Of a DNA stretch of 64,000 nucleotides, positions 1 through 9,479 are shown piece by piece. Numbering within the stretch: the stretch's first letter is position 1; each line of letters starts with the position of its first letter. The notes beneath the pieces were generated by a model. It did no database searches, was not told where the DNA came from, and was given only the letters and a program-made list of their open reading frames with translations. Made by a program: the position numbers and the translations under genes. The stretch comes from an uncultured delta proteobacterium (GTDB lineage: Bacteria > Myxococcota > UBA727 > VGSZ01), in NCBI GenBank assembly GCA_963775425.1, contig CAVZJB010000011.1:704001-768000 (forward strand). The letters run 5' to 3'.

Positions 1-518
1 TCGATGACGCACGCGGTGTTGCCGGCGTCGTCGAGCATCTTGCGGATGCGCCGGATCTTGTCGACCTGGGACTTCAGGAACTTCTGCCCGCCGAAGCCCG
101 GGTTGACGGTCATGACGAGCACGACGTCGAGGTCGTTGAGGACGTACTTGAGCGTGTCCTCGGGCGTGGAGGGGTTCAGCGACACGCCGGCCTTCTTTCC
201 CCGGGAGCGGATGTGCGCGAGCGCGCGCTGCAGGTGCACGCACGCCTCCTGATGGACGGTGATGCCGTCGGCGCCGGCGTCGGCGAAGGCGTCGAGCCAG
301 CGGTCGGGCTCGACGATCATGAGGTGGACGTCGATGGGCTTCTTGGTCGCCTTGCGGACCGCCTCCACCACCAGGGGCCCGATGGTGAGGTTGGGCACGT
401 ACCTGCCGTCCATGACGTCGACGTGGATCCAATCGCAGCCGCCCGCGTCGACGTCTTGCACCTCGGCTGCGAGCTTGCCGAAATCGGCGGAGAGGATGGA
501 GGGGGCGATGATGGCCAT
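1..518 (-). CDS. rpe: Ribulose-phosphate 3-epimerase (3' end runs off the window)
   Basis: Manual translation from ATG 518: [51 protein letters not shown]. Confidence 0.96.
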   Translation of the reverse strand, partial: MAIIAPSILSADFGKLAAEVQDVDAGGCDWIHVDVMDGRYVPNLTIGPLVVEAVRKATKKPIDVHLMIVEPDRWLDAFADAGADGITVHQEACVHLQRALAHIRSRGKKAGVSLNPSTPEDTLKYVLNDLDVVLVMTVNPGFGGQKFLKSQVDKIRRIRKMLDDAGNTACVI

Positions 519-604
519 GCGCCGCGTCTACTGCGTCGGCGCCCGCGTTTGAACCGCTTCGAGCCCGGTTGCGCGCGCGGCGCCGTGACGCAACATCGAG
601 GGCG

Positions 605-1126
605 GTGAAGAACAGCGGGACCAGCTACATCTTGTGGCTCCTGGGCTTCTTCGGGTTGGCGGGCATCCACCGCTTCTACCTGGGGCGGCCGATCAGCGGT
701 CTGCTGTGGCTGTTCACCGGCGGCCTCCTCGGCGTGGGCACGCTCCTGGACGCGCTCCTCATCCCCGGCATGGTGCGCGACGAGAACCGCAAGGCGCTGC
801 TCGACGCGGGCACGCTCCACCTGCACTTGCACGGCGACCCCGGCGACGTCGTCACGGGCTCGCTCCTGCCGGCGCAGGAGGCGCCGAGGGCGCTGCCGCC
901 GGCGGACTCCCCGGAGAAGCAGATCCTCCGCGTGGCCGCGGTGCGCGATGGCTTCGTCACCGCGCAGCTCGTCGCCCTGGAGACCTCGCTGTCGCTCGCC
1001 GACGCCAAGCGCGAGCTCGACGCCCTGGCGAAGGGTGGCTACTGCACCGTCGACGTCGGCGAGGACGGCGCCGAGCACTATCGGGTCATCGGCCTCACCA
1101 AGACCAAGCCCCTCCTCGGCGACTGA
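605..1126 (+). CDS. TM2/NINE-domain membrane protein with a C-terminal wHTH-like region
   Basis: SYILWLLGFFGLAGIHRFYLG..GLLWLFTGGLLGVG (TM2 motif); GTG start at 605. Confidence 0.8.
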   Translation: MKNSGTSYILWLLGFFGLAGIHRFYLGRPISGLLWLFTGGLLGVGTLLDALLIPGMVRDENRKALLDAGTLHLHLHGDPGDVVTGSLLPAQEAPRALPPADSPEKQILRVAAVRDGFVTAQLVALETSLSLADAKRELDALAKGGYCTVDVGEDGAEHYRVIGLTKTKPLLGD

Positions 1127-1166
1127 GCGGCGCGCGCCGAGGCCGGCGGCGTCGTGGTGCCGCCCG

Positions 1167-2528
1167 TTACGCGCGGCGCAGGCGGGCGCAGAAGAACGCG
1201 TCGGCGTCGTGCCGGTGGGGGAGCAGGTGGACGAAGCCGCGCGCGTCGACGGCGTCTTCGGGCAGCCACGGGAGCACGGCGCGCGCGGGCTCGACGCTGA
1301 AGTCCGCGTGGCGCGCGAGGAAGGGCTCGACGACGTCCACGCCCTCGGCGGGCAGCGGCGAGCAGACGGAGTAGACGAGCACGCCGCCGGGGGCCGTGCG
1401 CGCGGCCGCGGCCTCGAGGAGCTCGCGCTGCAAGGCGGCGTCGGCCGCGACGTCGGCGGCGGTGCGGCGCAGCTTGATCTCGGGCTTGCGCCTCGTGGTG
1501 CCGAAGCCGGAGCAGGGGGCGTCGAGGAGCACCGCGTCGAACGCGCCGTCGCCCACACCGGGGATGGGCGCGCGGGCGTCGCCGACGATCACCTCGAGGG
1601 GGAGCTTCGTGCGCGCCGCGTTCTCGCGGATGCGCTTGGCGCGCTTGTCACTTTGATCGACGGCCGTGACGCGGGCGCCGAGCGCCGCGAGCACCGTGGC
1701 TTTGGCGCCGGGCGCCGCGCAGAGATCGAGGACCCGCGCGCCGTCCTGCGGCGCCACGAGCAGCGCCGCGACCGCGCTGCCGGGATCCATGACGACGAAG
1801 GCGCCCTCTTCGAAGCCACGCGCGTCGACCACGGCGCCGCCGCCGAGCGCGACGACGTTCGGCACGAACGCGTGCGCCCTGCCGGCCTCCGGGGACGCGC
1901 CGGCGCTCCCGTCGAAGCCGGCGCGCCCGCGCGCGACGACCGCCGCGTACGTCGAGGGGCGCGCGTTCAGCCCCAACAGCGCCGCGCGCACCTCCTCGGG
2001 CGGCACCAACGCCGCCACCGCCTCCGCGAGCATCGCGGGGACGCCCAGGGCGTCGGCGACGTCGGCGACGGGGGCGTTCGGCGGCAGCGTCTCGTGCGGC
2101 GGCAATCCCAACCGGCGCAGGAGCGCGTTGGCGAAGCCTTCGAGCCCGGGCCGCACCGCGCGCACGGCGTTCACCGCCTCGTGCACCGCGGCGCGCGCGG
2201 GGATCCCGGCGGCGCCCTCGCCGGCGGGCGCCATGTGCTGGAGCTGGTACGCCGCCACCAACAGGTGCGGGCGGATGCGCTTGTCGAGGCCCCGGCCCGG
2301 CTTGTCGGCGGCGCGCAGCAGGCTCTGCTCGAGCGACGCCGACCAGCGCAGCGTGCCGTAGGTGAGCTCCGTGCACAGCGCCTTGTCACGGGCGTCCAGC
2401 GACGACGACGACAGCGCCGACGCCAACGCCGGCTGCGCCCACGCGCCGTCGTCGACAACGCGTGCCACCACCGCCGCCGCCAGCGCTCGCGCGCCGCTCC
2501 TGACCGCGAGGCGGGGGCCGCCGCTCAT
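1167..2528 (-). CDS. rsmB: NusB-like + RsmB/NOL1/NOP2/Sun RNA m5C methyltransferase
   Basis: ELTYGTLRW (NusB-like), VLDLCAAPGAK, DAVLLDAPCSG, LVYSVCS; ATG overlaps the upstream stop. Confidence 0.9.
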   Translation of the reverse strand: MSGGPRLAVRSGARALAAAVVARVVDDGAWAQPALASALSSSSLDARDKALCTELTYGTLRWSASLEQSLLRAADKPGRGLDKRIRPHLLVAAYQLQHMAPAGEGAAGIPARAAVHEAVNAVRAVRPGLEGFANALLRRLGLPPHETLPPNAPVADVADALGVPAMLAEAVAALVPPEEVRAALLGLNARPSTYAAVVARGRAGFDGSAGASPEAGRAHAFVPNVVALGGGAVVDARGFEEGAFVVMDPGSAVAALLVAPQDGARVLDLCAAPGAKATVLAALGARVTAVDQSDKRAKRIRENAARTKLPLEVIVGDARAPIPGVGDGAFDAVLLDAPCSGFGTTRRKPEIKLRRTAADVAADAALQRELLEAAAARTAPGGVLVYSVCSPLPAEGVDVVEPFLARHADFSVEPARAVLPWLPEDAVDARGFVHLLPHRHDADAFFCARLRRA

Positions 2529-3316
2529 GCGCGCACGAGCTCGTGCGTGAAGCTCTGCGCGAGGGCGCAGACCTGATCGCGATCGATGTCGATGCCGAGC
2601 ACGTGGAAGCTGTCGCGCAGGATGTGCCGCTCCACGCGCGCCGAGCTCACGCGTTGCGCCACCACCTCCGACGCCTCCGGCGGGATGGTGTGGTCCTGCG
2701 CCCCGTGAAAGAGGCACGCCGGCGCCCGCACCGACGACAGCTCGCCCTCCACCACGCGCTGCAGCTCCGCCATCTCCGCGATGCCCTTCAGCGGCAGAAA
2801 CGGCAGGCAGGGGTTCACCTTGCGGCTCTCGTCGTCGGCGACGTCGCTGCCGCTCTTCTTCTCCACGTACGGCACCGCGCGCCACAGCCCGCGCGAGGCC
2901 GCCGCCGCGGCCAGCCGCCCCTCGCGGAAGAAGCGCAGCGCCGGCGCGAGCAGGACGAGGCCGGCGACGTCGTCGCGCCGCGCGGCGAGGTGCAGCGCCA
3001 CCAGCGCGCCCATGGACGAGGCGACCAGCAGCCGCGGGCGGTCCGTGGGCAGGGCCTCGAAGGCATCCGCGGCCGCGCGCGTCCAGTCCTGCCACGACGT
3101 GCGGTTGAGCGCGTGTGGATCGCCGGCGCGCCCGCCCTCGTGCCCGGGCAGCACGATGGCCCTCGACGACACGCCGGCCTCGCGCAGCGCCAGCGCCACC
3201 GGCAGCACCTCGAAGGTGGAGCCCGTGTAGCCGTGCAGGCACAGCGCCGCCGCCCGTGGCGCGTCGGCGTCGACGGTAAAGGGCTCGGCGGTCGCGGGCG
3301 GCAGCGGGCGGGCCAT
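2525..3316 (-). CDS. Alpha/beta hydrolase (carboxylesterase-like)
   Basis: LHGYTGS, nucleophile elbow ASSMG, HGAQDH, SFHV. Confidence 0.88.
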   Translation of the reverse strand: MARPLPPATAEPFTVDADAPRAAALCLHGYTGSTFEVLPVALALREAGVSSRAIVLPGHEGGRAGDPHALNRTSWQDWTRAAADAFEALPTDRPRLLVASSMGALVALHLAARRDDVAGLVLLAPALRFFREGRLAAAAASRGLWRAVPYVEKKSGSDVADDESRKVNPCLPFLPLKGIAEMAELQRVVEGELSSVRAPACLFHGAQDHTIPPEASEVVAQRVSSARVERHILRDSFHVLGIDIDRDQVCALAQSFTHELVRA

Positions 3317-3381
3317 CAAGGGCACTCCTCCAAGCCGCGCATCCTGTCACGGCGCAGCGACGCTGGGATAGCCTCGGCGCC

Positions 3382-4974
3382 ATGCTCAAGAAGGCCCTGA
3401 TCGTGGGCGTCGGCGGCGCCGTGGTGGTCGTCGGGCTCGTCCTCGCGTTTCGCGAAAAGCCGGTCACCGTGATCGAGGACGGCCGGAGGGTGCACTTCGC
3501 CGAGATGGCCCCCGAGGAGCTCGACCTGCGGGCCGTCCATGACGCCGAGCGCTTCAAGCACCTCGTGGCGCAGACCACACGGCTCGAGGAGCGCATCGCA
3601 CAGGACAAGGCGCTCTTCGACCGACCCGCGGACGAGGGGCTCACCGCCGACGAGCGCACCGAGGCGCTCTCGCTCTTCGAGCAGACGCTCGACGACACGG
3701 TGATGCTCGACAAGATGGCCCGGTTCCACCTCGACTTCATCCAGATCAGCGTCGTGCACGATCCGCTGCGGCACGCGCGCCACTTCGCGCTCTTCTTCGG
3801 CGCCTACCTCGAGAAGCTCGCGCTCGGCCTCGCCCTCATCGACCGCACCATCAACAAGCCGCAGTTCGAGGAGCTCTTCGACGAGGGCAGCCAGGGCTTC
3901 GGCATCCAACCCGGCGCCTACGCCAAGCTCAAATGGAACGTCGTTCACGTCGAGGACGCGGCCACGGCGCTGGCGATGCACCAGTGGATGAAGCTCCTGT
4001 CGGGGCAGCTCAAGAAGCTCGCGCAGAAGAACGAAAAGCTGTGGGGCTTCCTCGAGAGCCGCATCGAGGACCGCTACGACAACGTCAAGGAGAACCTGAC
4101 CCGAAAGAGCGTGAAGCTGTTCGGCGGCAACTCGGTCGACATCGCGGAGGACACCGCGCACTCCGTGTGGTTCCCCGCGCAGACGGTGGTGGCCACGGAG
4201 ATGGGCGACGCACGCGTGCGCCGCCTCGACGACCCGTTGATCTCCGCGGCGCAGGCCTTGGAGGCCGTGAACAAGAGCGAGCCCGGCGACATCCTCGTCG
4301 AGCGCCGCAATTGGTTCCTCTCCAACATCGCGCTGCCCGGGTTCTGGCCGCACGCGGTGCTCTACCTCGGCAGCGAGGACGAGCTCGCCGCGTACTTCGA
4401 CGACCCCGAGGTGAAGAACGCCTACGGCAAGCCCTTCCCCGAGGCGCTCGCCGCGGAGTTCCCGCAGGCGTGGGACGATTACACCAAGCCCGATCACGAG
4501 GGGCACACGGTGCGCTCGCTGGAGGCGATGAGCGAGGGCGTGGTGTTCACCAGCGCCGAGCACTCCATCGGGACCTCCGACTACGTCGGCGATATGCGGC
4601 CCATGCTCGGAAAGCTCGACAAGGCCCGCGCCATCGAGCGCGCCTTCGGATACGCCGGCAGGCCCTACGACTTCGACTTCGACTTCTACACGGACGAGAG
4701 CATCGTCTGCTCCGAGCTCGTCTACAAAGCGTACGAGCCGCGCAAGGATTGCTCCGGCGTGCCCATGCCGCTCGAGAAGGTGGTGGGACGCATGACGCTC
4801 GGCCCCAACAGCATCGTGCGCCTCTTCGACGAGCAGCTTGGCACGCCCAATCAGAAGCTCGCCTTCGCCTGGTTCCTGGACGGCCACGAGCACGAGGGCG
4901 ACGCCACCTGGGGCGACCTCGCCACGTTCCGGAAGTCGCACCTGCGGCCGAAGTGGGACGTCGTCCAGCGCTGA
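3382..4974 (+). CDS. Permuted papain-like (YiiX/YebB-type NlpC/P60) hydrolase with an N-terminal anchor and helical extension
   Basis: PGDIL..PGFWPHAVLYLG..GRPYDFDF..IVCSELVYKAY, with His before Cys. Confidence 0.85.
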   Translation: MLKKALIVGVGGAVVVVGLVLAFREKPVTVIEDGRRVHFAEMAPEELDLRAVHDAERFKHLVAQTTRLEERIAQDKALFDRPADEGLTADERTEALSLFEQTLDDTVMLDKMARFHLDFIQISVVHDPLRHARHFALFFGAYLEKLALGLALIDRTINKPQFEELFDEGSQGFGIQPGAYAKLKWNVVHVEDAATALAMHQWMKLLSGQLKKLAQKNEKLWGFLESRIEDRYDNVKENLTRKSVKLFGGNSVDIAEDTAHSVWFPAQTVVATEMGDARVRRLDDPLISAAQALEAVNKSEPGDILVERRNWFLSNIALPGFWPHAVLYLGSEDELAAYFDDPEVKNAYGKPFPEALAAEFPQAWDDYTKPDHEGHTVRSLEAMSEGVVFTSAEHSIGTSDYVGDMRPMLGKLDKARAIERAFGYAGRPYDFDFDFYTDESIVCSELVYKAYEPRKDCSGVPMPLEKVVGRMTLGPNSIVRLFDEQLGTPNQKLAFAWFLDGHEHEGDATWGDLATFRKSHLRPKWDVVQR

Positions 4975-5075
4975 CACAGGCGGCATGACGGCCCCTCCGT
5001 CAGACGACCGACGGCGCGCAACTGCGCCTCGCAGACCTCCGACAACCTCCTACATCAGCGCACAGGGAGGATCGG

Positions 5076-5825
5076 ATGCCGTCCATCAGCACGCCCAGGC
5101 AACTGGCCACCGCGTACACCCGCCACTTCGCGGCCGCCGTGCGCGACGCCGCCGGGCGCGACGGCCGGCTCTCGCTCAAGGAGGCCCACAAGGTCGCCGC
5201 ACCCTTCCGCGACAATGCCGTGAATTACCTGGAGAAAACCGGCCAGAAGTCGGTGGGCGTCGATAAGCTCATCGGCCGGGCCCACGACTACGTGCTGGCC
5301 AACGCCCTCAAGGCGGCGGGCAAGGACGGGCGGCTCAGCGCGCTAGACGTGCGCTCCCTCCCCCGCGATCTGCGCGCTGACGTCGACCTGTTGAAGCCGC
5401 CGTCGGCCGGCGCGCGCGCCGACGAGATGCGCGGCCTCGCCGACAAGCTCTCGTTGTCGAGCTTCGGCGAGGACGACAGCGGCGCCGTCGTCACGTTCGT
5501 CCGCAGGAAGGCCAGGGTCGACACCCTCGACTCGGACACCTTCCTGAGCGCCTTCGGCTTTTCGAAGGACAAGCAGGAGGCGTCGGACCAGTACTCGCTT
5601 ACGCCCATGGGCAAGGGCGACTGGGACAACCTGATCGACGCCCAGTACGACGACCCCGGCCGCGCCGCCATGGAGCGGGTGCGCGAGGTGATGGAGCCGC
5701 TCGGCGCCAAGGTCGCCTACCTCGAGGACGACCGCCCCTTCGGCGCGCCCGTCTTCCTCGTGGCGCGCGGCCCGGAGGGCGAGCTGTTCGGCTTCCGCGC
5801 CGAGGTCGGTGGCATGGGCTTTTAG
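5076..5825 (+). CDS. Hypothetical protein; duplicated AAGxDGRLS motif, C-terminus weakly NuiA-like
   Basis: GGAGG RBS, GC-biased codons; AAGRDGRLS and AAGKDGRLS; C-terminal VFLVARGPEGELFGFRAEV. Confidence 0.6.
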   Translation: MPSISTPRQLATAYTRHFAAAVRDAAGRDGRLSLKEAHKVAAPFRDNAVNYLEKTGQKSVGVDKLIGRAHDYVLANALKAAGKDGRLSALDVRSLPRDLRADVDLLKPPSAGARADEMRGLADKLSLSSFGEDDSGAVVTFVRRKARVDTLDSDTFLSAFGFSKDKQEASDQYSLTPMGKGDWDNLIDAQYDDPGRAAMERVREVMEPLGAKVAYLEDDRPFGAPVFLVARGPEGELFGFRAEVGGMGF

Positions 5826-5909
5826 CCGGTCGGATCAATCCGAGGCGCGTCGGTGCACCCGCGACCGGCGCCCTCCGCCGCCCGATAACATGGGAACAAA
5901 GGACATCGC

Positions 5910-6209
5910 ATGAACCGCACCCTTCTTCGCACCGCTCTCGTCGCCTTCGTCGTCACCCTCTTCGCGCTGCCGGCGCTCGCCGGCGGCCGCGACGATCGCG
6001 ACGGCCGCGGCGATCGACACGGGCAGCATCACGACCGCGACCGCGACGACCGCCGCCGCGGAGACGGCGAGTACGGCGGCAGCGGCGGCGGCGGAGACAA
6101 CGGCTACGGCGTGCCCGAGCTCGACCGCACCGTCGGCGGCAGCGCCGCCGTCCTCGTCGGCGCCGGCGCCTTGATCATCCTCGGCCGGCGCCGCAAGAAG
6201 AAGGCTTGA
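5910..6209 (+). CDS. Small VPEID-CTERM-type sorting-signal protein
   Basis: Signal peptide ending ALA, low-complexity D/R/G/H core, VPELD + hydrophobic helix + RRRKKK; stop overlaps the exosortase start. Confidence 0.85.
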   Translation: MNRTLLRTALVAFVVTLFALPALAGGRDDRDGRGDRHGQHHDRDRDDRRRGDGEYGGSGGGGDNGYGVPELDRTVGGSAAVLVGAGALIILGRRRKKKA

Positions 6210-7801
6210 GCCGGCCCGCGCTCGCCGCGGCCCTGCTCGTCGTCGAGTACCTCACGGTCTCGTTCCTGTTCGACGCCAAGGAGCTCGTGCCGGCGTCGTT
6301 CACGTCGCTCGGCGACGTCGCGCCGCTGCCGGTCATCGCCGTCGTGGCGTTCCTGATCCTCCGCTCCGCGGGGCCGACGAGCGCCCCGCAGGGATGGCAG
6401 CGCGCGGCGGCGCAAGCGGGCTTGTCCAGGGCCGCGGGCGCCGCGTTGCTCGCCGCCCACGGCGTCGCCTACGCGGCGTTCCTCGCGGCGTGCTTCTTCC
6501 TCCGCGGGCGCGCCGGCGCCGCCCCGGTGGCGGCGTCCGTCGGGTGGGCGGCCCTCGGCGGGATCTCGGTCGCGCTCCTCGCCGCCTTCGCCTTCGCCCG
6601 CCGCGGCTTCGCGCAACTCGCGCGGCGCGCCGCCGCCCCCCTCGCGCTCGGCGCGGTCGTCGGCGTCGCCGCCTGGGCCGCGGGCCGCGGCACGGGCGCC
6701 CTGTGGTTTCCCCTCGCGCGCGTGACCCTCGAGCCCGTGCGCTCACTCGTCGCGCTCGTCGCCGGCGACGTCGTCGCCGATCCGGCGCGCTTCCTCGTCG
6801 GCACCCAGCGCTTCTACGTGCGCGTCGATCCGATCTGCTCCGGGTACGAGGGCATGGGCCTCGTCGCCGTGCTCGTGGGCGCGGCGCTGTGGACGTTCCG
6901 GCGCACGCTCCGCTTCCCGCGCGCCTTCGGCGTGCTCGCCGCCGCCGTCTTCCTCGCGTTCGCCGCCAACGTCGCGCGCATCGCGGCGCTCATCGTCGTG
7001 GGCACGTACCTGTCGCCCGCGGTGGCCGTCGGTGGTTTTCACTCGAAGGCGGGCTGGCTGTTCTTCTCCGCCATCGCGCTCGGCGCCACGTTGGTCTTGC
7101 GCAGGGCCCGCGTGCTCCAGCGCGCGCCCGGCGCCGTCGACGACGACGGCTGGGAGAACCCGACGGCGGGCTACCTCGCTCCGCTGTTCGCGCTCGTCGG
7201 CGGCTTCCTCGTCGGTGGGCTCTTCTCGCGCGGTGGCCTCGACCACCTCGAGCTCGTCGCCCTCGGCGCCGCCGCCGTCTGTCTGTGGTTCGTGCGCGGC
7301 ACGGTCCGCGCGGCGCTCCCGGGCCCGTGGTCCCCCGCAGGGTTCGTCGCCGGCGCCGTCGCGTTCGCGCTGTGGTGGGGCATCGACGCCGTCACGAGCG
7401 CGGACGCCGTCGCGCAGGCGGCGGCGCTCAAGGCGCAGCTCGACGCGTGGTCCCCGGCGCACGCCGGCGTGTGGATCGCCACCCGCGTCGCTGCGTCTGT
7501 GATCGTCGCCCCGCTCGTCGAGGAGCTCGCGTTTCGCGGCTTCCTCCTGCGGCGCATCGTCGCGGCGGACTTCACCGCCGTGCCGTTCGAGGCCGTCGGC
7601 GCCGTCGCCGTCGTCGTGTCGTCGGCGGCCTTCGGCGCGCTCCAGCACCGCGCCCTCGCCGGCGGCGCTGCCGGGCTCGTCTACGCGCTCGTGGCCAAGC
7701 GCACCGGCCGGCTCCGCGACGCGGTGGTCGCCCACGCCGTGACCGGGGCGCTCGTGGCGGCCCTGGTGCTCGGGCAGGGGCGCTTCGATCTCTGGGCGTG
7801 A
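6206..7801 (+). CDS. xrtE: Exosortase E / CAAX (CPBP) protease fusion
   Basis: Multi-TM; ICSGYEG (Cys), NVARI (Arg), FHSKAGW (His); C-terminal PLVEELAFRG..H..HAVT. Confidence 0.85.
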   Translation: MSRPALAAALLVVEYLTVSFLFDAKELVPASFTSLGDVAPLPVIAVVAFLILRSAGPTSAPQGWQRAAAQAGLSRAAGAALLAAHGVAYAAFLAACFFLRGRAGAAPVAASVGWAALGGISVALLAAFAFARRGFAQLARRAAAPLALGAVVGVAAWAAGRGTGALWFPLARVTLEPVRSLVALVAGDVVADPARFLVGTQRFYVRVDPICSGYEGMGLVAVLVGAALWTFRRTLRFPRAFGVLAAAVFLAFAANVARIAALIVVGTYLSPAVAVGGFHSKAGWLFFSAIALGATLVLRRARVLQRAPGAVDDDGWENPTAGYLAPLFALVGGFLVGGLFSRGGLDHLELVALGAAAVCLWFVRGTVRAALPGPWSPAGFVAGAVAFALWWGIDAVTSADAVAQAAALKAQLDAWSPAHAGVWIATRVAASVIVAPLVEELAFRGFLLRRIVAADFTAVPFEAVGAVAVVVSSAAFGALQHRALAGGAAGLVYALVAKRTGRLRDAVVAHAVTGALVAALVLGQGRFDLWA

Positions 7802-7893
7802 CTGACCCCCCGCGATCCGGCCGGCAGGGCGATCGCGGCCCGGCGGCCGGGCCGTAGAAGGGGGCGCACCGACCCTTCGTGGAGAATCGTTGA

Positions 7894-8901
7894 ATGCTGC
7901 GCCCGCTCGTCTTCGCCGTCCTGTCGCTTCCCCTCGTCTCCTGCACCACGCAGCTCGCATCCGGGCAGGTGGGGGAAGGTGAGGGCGAAGGCGAGGGCGA
8001 CGTCGGCGAGGGCGAGGGCGAAGGGGAGGGCGAAGGCGAGGTCAACGGCACCACGGCCTTCTGCGACGTCCGCGACCTCTTCGGCTCCAAGTGCACCGTC
8101 TGCCACCAGGGCACGGTCGCCTATCCGGACCTCCGCGCCGACGCGCTGCCGTCCGTGGTCGGGCTCGCGAGCCAGATCCACCCCGACCAGGTCGAGGTGG
8201 TCGCCGGCGATCCCGGCCAGAGCTTCCTGTTCACCAAGGTCACCAACCCCGCCGCCGCCGACGGCACCCTGATGCCGCAGGGCGGGCAGCTCACGTCGGG
8301 CGAGCGGGAGCTGGTGCGCGCGTGGATCGCCGCCGGCGCCGGCACCGACTGCGGCGCCAACCCGCCGCCGCAAAACGACCCCATCATCGAGGGCGCGCCG
8401 CCGAACCGCTTCGGGAGCACGCCGCCGGCCGGCGACTACAGCGGCGCGCCGTGCTCCACCGGCCAGTATTGGACGGGCGGGCAGCGTGAGAGCGCCAACA
8501 TGCGCCCGGGCGACGATTGCCGCAGTTGCCACATCCAGACCGGCGAGGGCCCCGTCGACGACGTCATGGGCACCGTGTTCGCCGCCATCGACGACGGCAC
8601 CAACTGCCGCGGGCTCGCGCCCACCAACTACCAGGTGCTCATCGACATCATGAACACCGACGGCGTCGTCGCGTTCACGCTCACCGCCAACAACGCCGGC
8701 AACTTCGACTCCGGCTTCAGGAACGCGCCGTCGCCCTTCACGGCGCAGGTGCGCCTCGTCGACGGCACCGGGGCCACCGTGGCGACGCAGGCGATGCTGA
8801 CGCCGCAGACCGTGGGGAGCTGCAACTCCTGCCACACCGAGGGCGCGCGCGGCCCCGTCGACCAGAACGTCCCGCTCGGGCGCATCACCATCGCCCCGTA
8901 G
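7894..8901 (+). CDS. Triheme c-type cytochrome lipoprotein with (GE)n linker
   Basis: Lipobox LVSC; CTVCH, CRSCH, CNSCH; LMPQ as possible distal Met. Confidence 0.8.
   Translation: MLRPLVFAVLSLPLVSCTTQLASGQVGEGEGEGEGDVGEGEGEGEGEGEVNGTTAFCDVRDLFGSKCTVCHQGTVAYPDLRADALPSVVGLASQIHPDQVEVVAGDPGQSFLFTKVTNPAAADGTLMPQGGQLTSGERELVRAWIAAGAGTDCGANPPPQNDPIIEGAPPNRFGSTPPAGDYSGAPCSTGQYWTGGQRESANMRPGDDCRSCHIQTGEGPVDDVMGTVFAAIDDGTNCRGLAPTNYQVLIDIMNTDGVVAFTLTANNAGNFDSGFRNAPSPFTAQVRLVDGTGATVATQAMLTPQTVGSCNSCHTEGARGPVDQNVPLGRITIAP
7972..8040 (+). repeat. 6-nt coding repeat (GGNGAR)n encoding Gly-Glu
   Basis: Directly visible in the sequence. Confidence 0.9.
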
Positions 8902-8902
8902 C

Positions 8903-9092
8903 GGTGGCGGCCCGAGCCACCCGGAAGGGGACGGTCCGCACGTGCGCTGAGAGCGGGATCACAACACCGCTCGGACCCGCCGTTTCCTCACAACCTGCAG
9001 CGGTTCTTGCGCGCCGACGTGCCTCGCCACGTACTCCGCGGCGAGCCACCTTGTGGGCGGCTTCGCCGAGTGCTGCTACGAGCCTCGTTTTT
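8903..9092. ncRNA. Candidate structured RNA between convergent genes (family unassigned)
   Basis: Nested stems ggtggc/gccacc, ggtcc/ggacc, gagcgg/ccgctc, gcagc/gctgc, acgtg/cacgt, actc/gagt. Confidence 0.3.
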
Positions 9093-9102
9093 CGTCAGCC
9101 TT

Positions 9103-9450
9103 TCAGCCGGGGGGCTCTTTCTTCTTGCCGCGCCCGAACAGCTCCTTGAGCTGCTCCATGGCCTCGGCGCCGACATCCTTGAAGCGGATGCCCATGCCCG
9201 GCGTGCGGTCGAAGTGGTTGTCCAGGTCGTACTCGTTCTTGCGCACGACGACGCCCACGATCTCGAACAGCCCGGCCTCCTCCGGCAGGAGCGGCGTCAG
9301 CCGCACCTCGGTGCCGGGCTCGAGCGGCATGACGGTCTCGATGAACACGCCGGTCTCGCTGATGTCCACGACGGCGCCGGACATGAAGGCGTTTCCGTCG
9401 TCGTAGACGATCTGGAGCTTGAGCGCGTAGCGCGGGCTGCGTTCCTGCAA
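9103..9450 (-). CDS. Stand-alone PilZ-domain protein
   Basis: ERSPR (RxxxR-like), DISETG (DxSxxG), PGMGIRF. Confidence 0.88.
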   Translation of the reverse strand: MQERSPRYALKLQIVYDDGNAFMSGAVVDISETGVFIETVMPLEPGTEVRLTPLLPEEAGLFEIVGVVVRKNEYDLDNHFDRTPGMGIRFKDVGAEAMEQLKELFGRGKKKEPPG

Positions 9451-9479
9451 GGGGTTTCCCCTCCGCGGCCGAGTCTACG

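Noticed and set aside
8923-9020. TPP riboswitch (GCTGAGA..ACCC..AACCTG)
   Set aside because: The right half lacks the GAUC..UAAU..GCG.AGGGA consensus and no downstream + strand gene follows
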